Virus record (IMG/VR): IMGVR_UViG_3300004282_000003 | Span: 1-54,632 of that record | Reading direction: 5' to 3' (one strand) | DNA: 54,632 bases | Source: a virus | Taxonomy: Duplodnaviria; Caudoviricetes | Shown here: positions 40,518 through 48,765 of the stretch, piece by piece | How the letters are laid out: every line of letters starts with the position of its first letter | Position numbering within the stretch: position 1 is the first letter of the stretch | Notes under the pieces: generated by a model | What the model was told of the DNA's origin: nothing | Database searches by the model: none | Seen by the model: only the letters and a program-made list of their open reading frames with translations | Program-made: the position numbers and the translations under genes

Positions 40518-41531
40518 TTTGTTTTTCCTTTCTCAGAATATGTTTCTAATCAAAAAATAAAAACCTTGTTCAGTCACTTCAGATTCAATATATCTATGAT
40601 CTTTTGTAATTGTTTCTTTTTTATTCATTGAAATATCATCAATTTTTTTTGTAAAGATATAAAGTGAAGTTTCATCACCAGTTAAAACAAGTTTCAAACC
40701 TTCATTAGAAAATGTCATTTGTACTTTCATTTGTTTTCCTTTCTTTTGTTAGTTTTTCACATTGTAAACATCATCTTCAGTTAAAATCTGCATCAATACT
40801 CGTTTTGTTTTCATAAAAGGATAGAAATAAACTCTACCCATTTTGTATAAGTCTTTTTTCTCCAAAACTTCAAACATGGTAGCATCTTTTTCATTACTAC
40901 ACAAACAAAATTTATCACAAAATTGTTTTCTTTTTTCTGAGTTTAAATAAATGAAGTTGATTGATAATTCATCAAACTTCACTTGTTCCAAGATGTTATA
41001 CTTCCCATTTTTCAATTTTCTAATCTGTGAAATGTAAAATGGCATTTTCATTTTCCTTTCATTTTGTAGGTTTTACAATTTTAAGACACAAAAAAAGGCC
41101 ATAAATAGTCTATAAATAGACTATAAATGACCTTATTTTATATCTTAACAATATGAAGTTAGCAGTCGGTCAAAACCACTAACAAAAAGTCAAGATATAA
41201 CTGTACTACAAAACCAATTTATATTCCTTTTGACATTTTGAGCCTTTTTTGTCTTTTCTATTCTCTTTTGAATATGTTTGAAAATAGAAATCAATTTTCT
41301 TCCGGCTTTTCCAGTATGACATTCAAATTTTATATCAATATCATTTCTGGAAAATGAAAAATAACTTGAATAATCACGAATTGAAAAAGTCACATTGTAA
41401 CTTAAAGTATGATTTTTCAATTCTGCCAAAATAACTCTTGCTGCTGTTTTTTCAAATTGTGTCATTTTCTTGTTCCTTTCATGTTAGTTGTTTTTATTTT
41501 GTTACTCACTTCTACGTTACAAATCATTTTC

Positions 41532-41579
41532 CATTATTTCAATCTGCTAATTTATCCAAAACTAACAGATTGAATAATG
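41532..41579 (-). ncRNA. Conserved leader hairpin with UGGAU loop, copy A
   Basis: 20-nt core taatttatccaaaactaaca inside a long stem. Confidence 0.6.
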
Positions 41580-41583
41580 AAAA

Positions 41584-41754
41584 TTAATCAATTGAGATAA
41601 GACAAATTTCTCTATGGGTAGAATCAAGAATCATTTGATCCACTTGAGAAATTTTTCCTCCATTTATAACTTTTTCTTTGAGTTTGTTTGCAATAAAACT
41701 GATGTTTTCCAAAACTGCAATGATATTTTCTTCTTTTTCAAACAAATCTTCCAT
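41584..41754 (-). CDS. Small helical protein (56 aa)
   Basis: Start MEDLFEK after an AAAGGA RBS; apparent paralog of 40344-40517. Confidence 0.6.
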   Translation of the reverse strand: MEDLFEKEENIIAVLENISFIANKLKEKVINGGKISQVDQMILDSTHREICLISID

Positions 41755-42617
41755 TGTTTTTTTCCTTTCTTCTCTGAGAGAATTGTAAAATTTCAAGTCT
41801 ACACTGAGCCGCATACATAACAAGTCGTTTGTGTTCCTCTTTTGTTTTTGGTTTTAGATTACTAGGTAAGGTTTGTACATCTTTTAAAGCGAGTTTTGTC
41901 AAATCTTGAGCAGTCATTTCATTTTCCTTTCTTATAACGATCTGCTATTTGTTCAATTCTTTTCATAATGTCAAACAAATCTTCTGCATTTGTATTAAAA
42001 CCAAAATAATCTGTTACATCTTCATAAAAACCTTGTCCTTTGTAAACTCTGATATTTGTTCTTGATAATTGTTGTAATGCTCCACAAAAATCATCCATAG
42101 AAATTGAAATTTCAAATCCTCTAAAGATGATTTTTGTACAAAATTGTTCTTGAGTTAATGGTTTTGGTGAGTAAATCATGGTTTTAATCCTTTTCTAGTT
42201 AGTTGTTAGTTGAAACAAATGTAAACTTCTTTTCTCAGTGAAAATTTCTTCTTATTTCTTCTAATTTTAGCAAATCCATGAATTAAACCATCTTTTTCTA
42301 ATTGATTTGTAGCTTTCATCTTTTTTGTAACAGGAATAAACTTGAATTGTTCATCCTCAAAACAAGATTCAGATTCAGGTAAAAGAAAAATTGAATCTAA
42401 ATCTTTTTCAGTTGGTTCTTTTAATTCAATTGAAATTTTGTAACCATTTTCTTGATATTTTCTTAAATAAACCCTGCTATCCAATATTTCTTGACTAATT
42501 TGTTTCTTTTTCTTCTTCTTAAAATTGATTTTCTTAAAACTTGGAATTTCTGATCTTTTCAATGTAAATTTCATTTGTTTTTCCTTTCTTGTTAGTTGTT
42601 AGTTTAAAACCATTATC

Positions 42618-42652
42618 AAAGGATGTTAATTTATCCAAAACTAACATCCTTT
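42618..42652 (-). ncRNA. Conserved leader hairpin with UGGAU loop, copy B
   Basis: aaaggatgt-taatttatccaaaactaaca-tccttt. Confidence 0.6.
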
Positions 42653-42697
42653 TTTATTTAGTTGTTTCTGTTTTGTTCACTTTCTGTTAGCCAATAT

Positions 42698-42734
42698 TAC
42701 AAACTGCTAATTTATCCAAAACTAACAGTTTGTA
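42698..42734 (-). ncRNA. Conserved leader hairpin with UGGAU loop, copy C
   Basis: tacaaactgc-taatttatccaaaactaaca-gtttgta. Confidence 0.6.
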
Positions 42735-42766
42735 TAATGACTCACGGGCAGTGAGTTAGTTACAAT

Positions 42767-42919
42767 TTACAGATTTTCAATTGGAAAATCAACTTCAATT
42801 CCATTTGTAAGAGTAACCTTAACTCCCACAAACATTTTCCAATTCAAATCTTCTTGAGGAAACATTTCATTTACCATTTGTTCAATTTCATGTTCTTTCA
42901 TTTCAATTGTAAATTCCAT
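42767..42919 (-). CDS. Small acidic protein (50 aa), first ORF after the strong promoter
   Basis: MEFTIEMKEHEIEQMVNEMFPQEDLNWKMFVGVKVTLTNGIEVDFPIENL; not in the ORF track. Confidence 0.55.
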   Translation of the reverse strand: MEFTIEMKEHEIEQMVNEMFPQEDLNWKMFVGVKVTLTNGIEVDFPIENL

Positions 42920-42971
42920 TTTCTTGTTCACTTTCTGTTAGTTGTTAGTTTCAATCCTTACTTTCATTATC

Positions 42972-43000
42972 AGTATATAATAGTTTTTAATCTATGTCAA
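42972..43000 (-). promoter_or_regulatory. Strong sigma70 early promoter
   Basis: TTGACA (42995-43000)-17 nt-TATACT (42972-42977), with an AT-rich UP region. Confidence 0.8.
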
Positions 43001-43030
43001 TCAAATATTCTTTTTTCAATACAAAAAAGT

Positions 43031-43116
43031 AATGTTTCTCATTTACCTTGTAATTGATCTAATAGGTTTTCATTTACAAATATCAATGTTTTTCAATTGC
43101 CTTGTAGTTGATCTAA
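43031..43116 (-). repeat. Intergenic repeat copies 6 and 7 (54-nt spacing)
   Basis: aatgtttctcatttaccttgtaattgatctaa (43031) and aatgtttttcaattgccttgtagttgatctaa (43085). Confidence 0.85.
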
Positions 43117-43230
43117 TTACAAATTAAAAAATCCTTTGATTATTTTTCTTCCATGATATATATGTACCTGGATGACTTATAAATATTGATGCAGATATTC
43201 CTATATATTGATAAATAGAAATGAATTACA

Positions 43231-43253
43231 AATTGAAATGAAATGAAAACAAA
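43231..43253. repeat. Left 23-bp inverted repeat
   Basis: aattgaaatgaaatgaaaacaaa, the exact reverse complement of 44956-44978. Confidence 0.75.
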
Positions 43254-43455
43254 AAAAGGTTAAAATGAGGTTTTATTAGGTATATTGTGCGGTCCAATTA
43301 GGTATATTATACCTGATTTTGCAATAAAATCAATCAAATAAAACAATCTGTTAAAACCTAATTGAAAAGGTTTTGACTGATTGAAAAGGGTAGAAAGTGA
43401 ATTGAAAAACAATAATTCACTTTTTTTGATTTTGATTATAGAAAAACATCATTTT

Positions 43456-43483
43456 TTGCTTGACAGTTTTTCCGCTATATAAT
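43456..43483 (+). promoter_or_regulatory. Probable sigma70 promoter of the + strand island
   Basis: TTGCTT-16 nt-TATAAT, with an overlapping TTGACA at 43460. Confidence 0.5.
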
Positions 43484-43574
43484 AATGGTTGAATCGTAAC
43501 ACGAAACATTGATTCTGCTTGATTGGCAAGCAGAACGAAAAAACGCAACAAACAAAATGGAAGGAAAAGAAAAA

Positions 43575-44345
43575 ATGAACTTCAAAAAATCAACAAAAGA
43601 AGCAATGGTTCCAATGGAAAAAAATCTCAGTACATTGGAGAATTTACTTGTCAATCGTTTCGACTTGCAACTTGCAAAAACTAATACCCTTGCCGAACAA
43701 TATATTATTTTGAGTCAGCGAATAGCAGTCATCGAAACGACTGCAAAGGAAACAAATGACTTGATTAAAACATTGTTTGGTAAGGTGTCATCACTGGAAA
43801 AGAGTTTAGGTGATACAAGAAAAAACGAAGTTGCAAAGGAACTTGCTGGCAATGTTATTCCGCACACTGCTACCAGCAAAAAGATTAAAGGTTTAACAAT
43901 AAATGAAGATAGATTTTTGGAACTCAGAGAAGAAATGACCCAAGAGGATTATCCAGACTTTGAAAGGTTTTATTCTATAGTTAAAACATGGTGCAAAAAG
44001 GATGCGTGGAAAACATTCGGTAAGAAAAGTATGCAAGCGCAAGCAAAGGAACTTTGGGATAATGAAGTTTCGAAGCTTGACCCAATGAGTCAGGAACTAG
44101 ACGAAACACCATATAAGTTTCCTGAAAAATCAGTTGAAACGAAAGCACAAAGCCAAACTGAAATATGGTCGAGTACAATGGGTATCGACAAAACACTGCT
44201 TGACAAAGCCGTTAGTGGAGTCAGGCAATGCACAGAGGACGAACTAGAAATCAAGTCCGTATTGGAGTTTCTGAAAGTGGACTTGCATAGTCCTTCAATT
44301 AAAGCTTTCAGCAAGTGGATTTTGAGTTTGTGCAAGACCGGCTAA
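43575..44345 (+). CDS. Hypothetical protein, N-terminal coiled coil
   Basis: ATG 43575 after GGAAGGA; visibly more GC-rich than the rest of the window. Confidence 0.65.
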   Translation: MNFKKSTKEAMVPMEKNLSTLENLLVNRFDLQLAKTNTLAEQYIILSQRIAVIETTAKETNDLIKTLFGKVSSLEKSLGDTRKNEVAKELAGNVIPHTATSKKIKGLTINEDRFLELREEMTQEDYPDFERFYSIVKTWCKKDAWKTFGKKSMQAQAKELWDNEVSKLDPMSQELDETPYKFPEKSVETKAQSQTEIWSSTMGIDKTLLDKAVSGVRQCTEDELEIKSVLEFLKVDLHSPSIKAFSKWILSLCKTG

Positions 44346-44372
44346 TAATCACTAGACCGGCTAATAATCACT
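44335..44372 (+). repeat. 19-nt tandem duplication spanning the stop codon
   Basis: agaccggctaataatcact x2. Confidence 0.85.
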
Positions 44373-44389
44373 CCAAACCACCATTAAAA

Positions 44390-44429
44390 TTACGGGTAGC
44401 AGTCATTAGATTGCTACCCGTAACCTTTT
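44390..44429 (+). terminator. Hairpin / terminator
   Basis: ttacgggtagcagtc-atta-gattgctacccgtaa followed by cctttt. Confidence 0.65.
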
Positions 44430-44448
44430 CTGAAAGGATATTAAGCTA

Positions 44449-44877
44449 ATGAGAATAGACTTCAAAAAACGCCCAAAATCGACTAGCAAGCAGTCACCTC
44501 CTGGCAAGCAGTCACCTCCTGGCAAGCAGTCACCTAATCTTCCCATGTTAGCAAGTGACTATTCGCCATATTCAGGCATGATTTTGACAAAGGTGGGATT
44601 AATTAAAGAAATCAAGTCGAGAATGTACAAGTTTTTGTTTAATTGGATATGCAGTCAAGTCGCAATGAGTACGAACCACAAAGATCTTTTTTCCGTGATA
44701 GAAGCAAAAACAATTGCAAGTGAATTAAACAAAGTTTTTAATAAAGTTATGACACTTGCAAGCGATAAAGAAAATAGAACAACAAAAAAAGAACTTCAAT
44801 TGTTAGTTATAAATTCATGTAAGGATATTGCCTCTTGCATGATAAATGAATTAAGTTTGTTAGATATTGACTTATAA
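44449..44877 (+). CDS. Hypothetical protein with KQSPPG repeats
   Basis: AAAGGA RBS; 18-nt unit gcaagcagtcacctcctg, about 2.8 copies at 44486-44535. Confidence 0.6.
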   Translation: MRIDFKKRPKSTSKQSPPGKQSPPGKQSPNLPMLASDYSPYSGMILTKVGLIKEIKSRMYKFLFNWICSQVAMSTNHKDLFSVIEAKTIASELNKVFNKVMTLASDKENRTTKKELQLLVINSCKDIASCMINELSLLDIDL

Positions 44878-44888
44878 TAACAATCAAC

Positions 44889-44944
44889 TGAAAACAAGTG
44901 ACTTATGTTTATTAGAAGCTTTATTTATAAGTCACTTGTTTTCA
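44889..44944. terminator. 18-bp perfect inverted repeat
   Basis: tgaaaacaagtgacttat ... ataagtcacttgttttca, between convergent transcription units. Confidence 0.6.
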
Positions 44945-44955
44945 TTTCAATTGTA

Positions 44956-44978
44956 TTTGTTTTCATTTCATTTCAATT
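44956..44978. repeat. Right 23-bp inverted repeat
   Basis: tttgttttcatttcatttcaatt. Confidence 0.75.
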
Positions 44979-45030
44979 GTACTTCAATCGAGCCGACCTT
45001 ATAAATATTTTTTTTTGTTATATGTGCATG

Positions 45031-45141
45031 TACCCCCGCTCCAAATTTTTCACTAAAAATTATATTTGAAAACCTTTTTCTATTAACTACTAACATCTAC
45101 CCCCACTCCAAAAATTTTACCAAAATTTATATTTCAAAAAC
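45031..45141. repeat. Two imperfect ~44-nt direct repeats
   Basis: tacccccgctccaaattttt...tatatttgaaaac (45031) and tacccccactccaaaaatttt...tatatttcaaaaac (45098). Confidence 0.7.
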
Positions 45142-45673
45142 TAATTTCTATATTTCTTATTCTATCTATAATATATGATACCAACTAATAATCTACACTA
45201 CTTTTATATAAAACTTTTCTCTCATTTGTTTAGTTATCATTTCAAGATTACTTATATAGGTATTGTATGTTAGTTTTCTTTCTATTGCATCTGCACTCAT
45301 ACCAATTACTAATTTACAAAACTTACAATACTCTAAATGTTTTTCTTCATTATTTGTTATTGAATTTAAAATATCATTATTCATAATTTATTTTCTTTCT
45401 AAAATTTTATAAATTAAAAAAAGTTTAGTTTTCATGTTTCATTCCTCTAGGTCAAAAAGTAACCTCTACTAGAAAAGTTTAATCAAGAATTATAATTTGT
45501 ATTAGAAAAGTAATTTGTTAAAAAATATTTTATAAAAAAGTTTAAGCTTTTGGTATGGTTTTTGACCAGTAAACTGAAACTACTTTTGAGAAAACTTTTT
45601 ACTAATTACAATTTTTATTAAAAAAGTAATTTTATAGAAAACCTTACTTTTTGACATAGAAAGTAAGAAATTT

Positions 45674-46204
45674 TTAAACTTTTCTTAAAGTAAGTTTTCT
45701 TTTTAAGATTATTACTTGTTGTTTTTCTACTTCACAAGTTTTAACTTTTTGAATAATACCCAAAGGCTGTTTTACACCAGCAATAACTGGTTCTAAAAGT
45801 TCTAATGGATTCCATCCTTTTTCAATTAGTAAAGAATTTAACTCTGCTGATACTTGGTGTGGTTCAGAATTTAAAAACATTCTTTGATGATGAACAAAAA
45901 TTTTGATACTAGCTGTTATTCTTCCTGAAGAAATTCTTCTTCTAGTTCCATCATTAAATACAAAATCATTATGTTCATAATGAAATTCAAAATTTAATAG
46001 TTCTCCATTTATTTCTCTACTCATACCATTTTCATCATCTATAATAAAACTTAAATTATTATGAGAAAAAAATTCACTAAAAGAACTTTCATCATTAACA
46101 GTACATTCAAAATTTAATTCTAAATGAGAAAAATTTTGATTAAAATGTAATTCAGTTATTCTACCTAATGGAGAGAATGAATTGTCTGGATCTTTAAGTA
46201 TCAT
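45674..46204 (-). CDS. Hypothetical protein with C-terminal KRKLTLRK
   Basis: 176-aa ORF, coupled to the upstream gene. Confidence 0.6.
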   Translation of the reverse strand: MILKDPDNSFSPLGRITELHFNQNFSHLELNFECTVNDESSFSEFFSHNNLSFIIDDENGMSREINGELLNFEFHYEHNDFVFNDGTRRRISSGRITASIKIFVHHQRMFLNSEPHQVSAELNSLLIEKGWNPLELLEPVIAGVKQPLGIIQKVKTCEVEKQQVIILKRKLTLRKV

Positions 46205-46625
46205 TTTTACACCTTAATGTTAGTTTTCTTTTTAATGGATAAGTAGATTCTACTAAAACTTTATTTGGAGAATCTGTTAAAAACATATTTTTGATTTCAA
46301 AAGTAAATGATAAAAAAGAATATATAACTTCTATTATTTTTCCATAAAGTACCCACTCTTCTCCTTCCTTTGTTGTAAGTCTAAAAGTAACAAAATGATT
46401 AACTCTATTTGAAATAAAAGAAGAATCATAATCATAAATCTCATATTGAGGAATAAATTCAATTCTCATTAAATCTTTTGTTAAAAACTTACATTTAACA
46501 TTTCCTAATCTTTGCTGAGAATCATATTTTACAATTGGATCATTTGTTAATAAATGTTTTGAATAAAGATATTCTAATTCTCCTTCTTTTATTTTCTTAC
46601 TTATCAAAGTCATCATATGATTCAT
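46194..46625 (-). CDS. Hypothetical protein with C-terminal KRKLTLR
   Basis: 143-aa ORF. Confidence 0.6.
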   Translation of the reverse strand: MNHMMTLISKKIKEGELEYLYSKHLLTNDPIVKYDSQQRLGNVKCKFLTKDLMRIEFIPQYEIYDYDSSFISNRVNHFVTFRLTTKEGEEWVLYGKIIEVIYSFLSFTFEIKNMFLTDSPNKVLVESTYPLKRKLTLRCKNDT

Positions 46626-47097
46626 TATGATTTACTCGCTTCAATAATTGATTTAATATTCCAAGGTTTATTATACTCTTCTTCCCATTTCTTTTTGTCT
46701 TCTTCATTATACTCTTTTAATTTATAAAACTTATCATTAATTACTGTTTCATTTATTTGTAAGATTTTTGCTGGAAAAATATAAGATGAACACATACAGG
46801 AAGGACATTGACTTTCTTCTTCAAATACTTCATCACATTCAACACATAGTTTTGCTCTAGAGAATTTCATTTAATCTCCTTCTTCTAATGCTCTAATTTC
46901 TTCATTATCTGGTAAAACCTTTCCACCTACTACTTTAGGAACTAATTCCCAATGTTTTAGATTTGCTATTTCTATTAAAGCTTCTTCTCTTGATTTATTC
47001 CAAGCCATTTCTGCTATTCTTCTTAATGCAAAAGCACTCATTTCTACAAAGTTTCTTCTTGCTTCAAAACTTATTGTTCCCCACCATTCATTAAATG

Positions 47098-47295
47098 TCA
47101 TTTTATTTTATCCCAAAATAAATAAATAATTTGAATTAATAAAACTATACTTCCACCAATTAATTGAAAAACAACTGCTTTTTTATAAGAATATTTTTTA
47201 TTAACAGTAAGAGAAATAAAATAAATACTTGTAAGTGTTATTGCTACATAAAATATACTAATCAATTTTCTTTTTCCTTCCTCTCTTTCCTCCAT
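47098..47295 (-). CDS. Small 2-TM membrane protein (possible holin)
   Basis: Two hydrophobic helices; two genes downstream of the lysozyme. Confidence 0.4.
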   Translation of the reverse strand: MEEREEGKRKLISIFYVAITLTSIYFISLTVNKKYSYKKAVVFQLIGGSIVLLIQIIYLFWDKIK

Positions 47296-47500
47296 GTTCT
47301 CCCATACCAGTAATTGTATCTACAATATTAAAAGGAGCATTTGAATTAGTTGCTTTTAAACCAGCAATACAATCTATTCTATTTTTGTAGCCATCACCAG
47401 CACTACTAGCAATTATATTTCCATTACTAGAAATTAATCTCCATCTCCATTCATTTTTTGCATCTTTATAAACTTCAAATCTTGCATCTCTCATTTTCAT
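47258..47500 (-). CDS. YegP/DUF1508 family protein
   Basis: FEVYKDAKNEWRWRLISSNGNIIASS.GDGY. Confidence 0.85.
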   Translation of the reverse strand: MKMRDARFEVYKDAKNEWRWRLISSNGNIIASSAGDGYKNRIDCIAGLKATNSNAPFNIVDTITGMGEHGGKRGRKKKID

Positions 47501-47943
47501 ATTAACTCCTTTGCTTCTTCAAATAAACAATCTTTTTCCATCATCAATGATAAATGTTTTGCTCTATTTTTTACTTGAGTTGCCCATTTACTTTTTAACA
47601 TTTCTTTTGCTGCTAATTTATAATTTCCTTCTTCAATTAATTTTAATGTTTTCTTAAATTTCAATAATCCTGATATTCCTAAATTAAAAGCCATATCAAC
47701 TAAAACATCTTGTCTATTTATTGTAATATTTTTAAACCAACATAATTTTTTTCTTAAATCTGCTTCAGTATAAGAAATATCATTTTCCAATAAATAATAA
47801 ACTTCTTCAGTTGATAAACCTTTATCTTCAAGATTTCTTCCAACTCCTATTGTTGGTTTTCCTGCTGGACAAATATATAATTTATTTTTAAAACCTTCAT
47901 GTTCTATTAACATCTGATTTATTTGTAAATTAAAATCTATCAT
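47497..47943 (-). CDS. GH24 lysozyme (endolysin)
   Basis: HEG...Y.CPAGKPTIGVGRN, DMAFNLG, SKWATQV..RA. Confidence 0.9.
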   Translation of the reverse strand: MIDFNLQINQMLIEHEGFKNKLYICPAGKPTIGVGRNLEDKGLSTEEVYYLLENDISYTEADLRKKLCWFKNITINRQDVLVDMAFNLGISGLLKFKKTLKLIEEGNYKLAAKEMLKSKWATQVKNRAKHLSLMMEKDCLFEEAKELI

Positions 47944-47962
47944 TTCTTATCCTTAAAAAGTA

Positions 47963-47982
47963 ATGGGGGATTTCTCCCCCAT
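47963..47982 (-). terminator. GAAA-tetraloop hairpin
   Basis: Minus strand ATGGGGGA-GAAA-TCCCCCAT, then TACTTTTT. Confidence 0.7.
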
Positions 47983-48022
47983 ACAATCATCATTTAGGTT
48001 TTTTTAAATAATCAATCTCCTT

Positions 48023-48304
48023 TTATGGATTAGCTGCTACCTTATCAGCTAATTTCTGACGTTCAGTAGCAAATTCAGTAGCAAATGTTTGAGCTTGTTC
48101 CAACGTAACAGCATCTTGTACACCAGCTACCAATTTATCAATTAATACTAATACAGAAGCAACTACACCTTTAGTTGCTTCTACTTCAGCCGAAATTACA
48201 TCAAAACCTAAACTCATTTTATACTCCATTAATATTAGGTGAATTAGTAAATTGTCCACTTTTTTGTGTAATTCATCATCACGGAATAACCAAGATAAAA
48301 TCAA
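48023..48304 (-). CDS. Small Ala-rich helical phage protein
   Basis: TTG start after AAGGGGG; a second in-frame start (MSLGFD) has its own GGAG. Confidence 0.6.
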   Translation of the reverse strand: MILSWLFRDDELHKKVDNLLIHLILMEYKMSLGFDVISAEVEATKGVVASVLVLIDKLVAGVQDAVTLEQAQTFATEFATERQKLADKVAANP

Positions 48305-48361
48305 TAGAATAACCCCCTTTCCTTATTTATTATAGTTTCTTTCTCCTTTCTATATTTATTT

Positions 48362-48752
48362 AGTTCTTTGCGACTCATTACATTTCTGTACCTTTTCTGT
48401 TCCCTTCTATACCTTTTCACTTCCTATTCATACCATTCATTACCTTTTCATTTCCCTTTTGCTCTATACACTACCTTTACCCATCCCCACAGTTTAGCTT
48501 ACTACCGTTTCCCTTTGAAACGATTCAACTCGTAACCATTTCTTTTCTAGTCGAAACCCTTCTGCTCTCCACTTTAACTATTCGTTACTTTTCTTTTCTG
48601 ATCCTTACAATTACATATTCTTTCCCTTCTGCTCTCCACTTTAACTAAACGATACCTTTCTTCTCCAATCCTCACAATTACATATTCTTTCCCTTCCAGA
48701 CCTTTCGTTTCTCCGCTTTCTCGTTTCGTTACTATTCTATACCTTTTCTTTT
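48362..48752 (-). ncRNA. 5-nt-periodic (GWN-NN)n non-coding array, putative guide RNA locus
   Basis: No ORF of 60 aa or more in the gap. The minus strand parses as GAA/GTA/GTT/GAG/GAT triplets alternating with variable dinucleotides, with occasional 1-nt slips. Confidence 0.7.
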
Positions 48753-48765
48753 TATAACTTCCCTT

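Noticed and set aside
43031-43116. Mini-CRISPR array from repeat copies 6 and 7
   Set aside because: Only two degenerate copies with a ~22-nt gap; the other copies are dispersed between genes.
41111-45007. T4-type late promoters (TATAAATA)
   Set aside because: An all-A/T 8-mer is expected many times by chance at this base composition, and the copies are not placed before late genes.
48362-48752. Canonical CRISPR array next to the Cas7-like gene
   Set aside because: There are no 25-40-nt repeats alternating with unique spacers. The periodicity is about 5 nt, and the longer repeats are one local 67-nt duplication.
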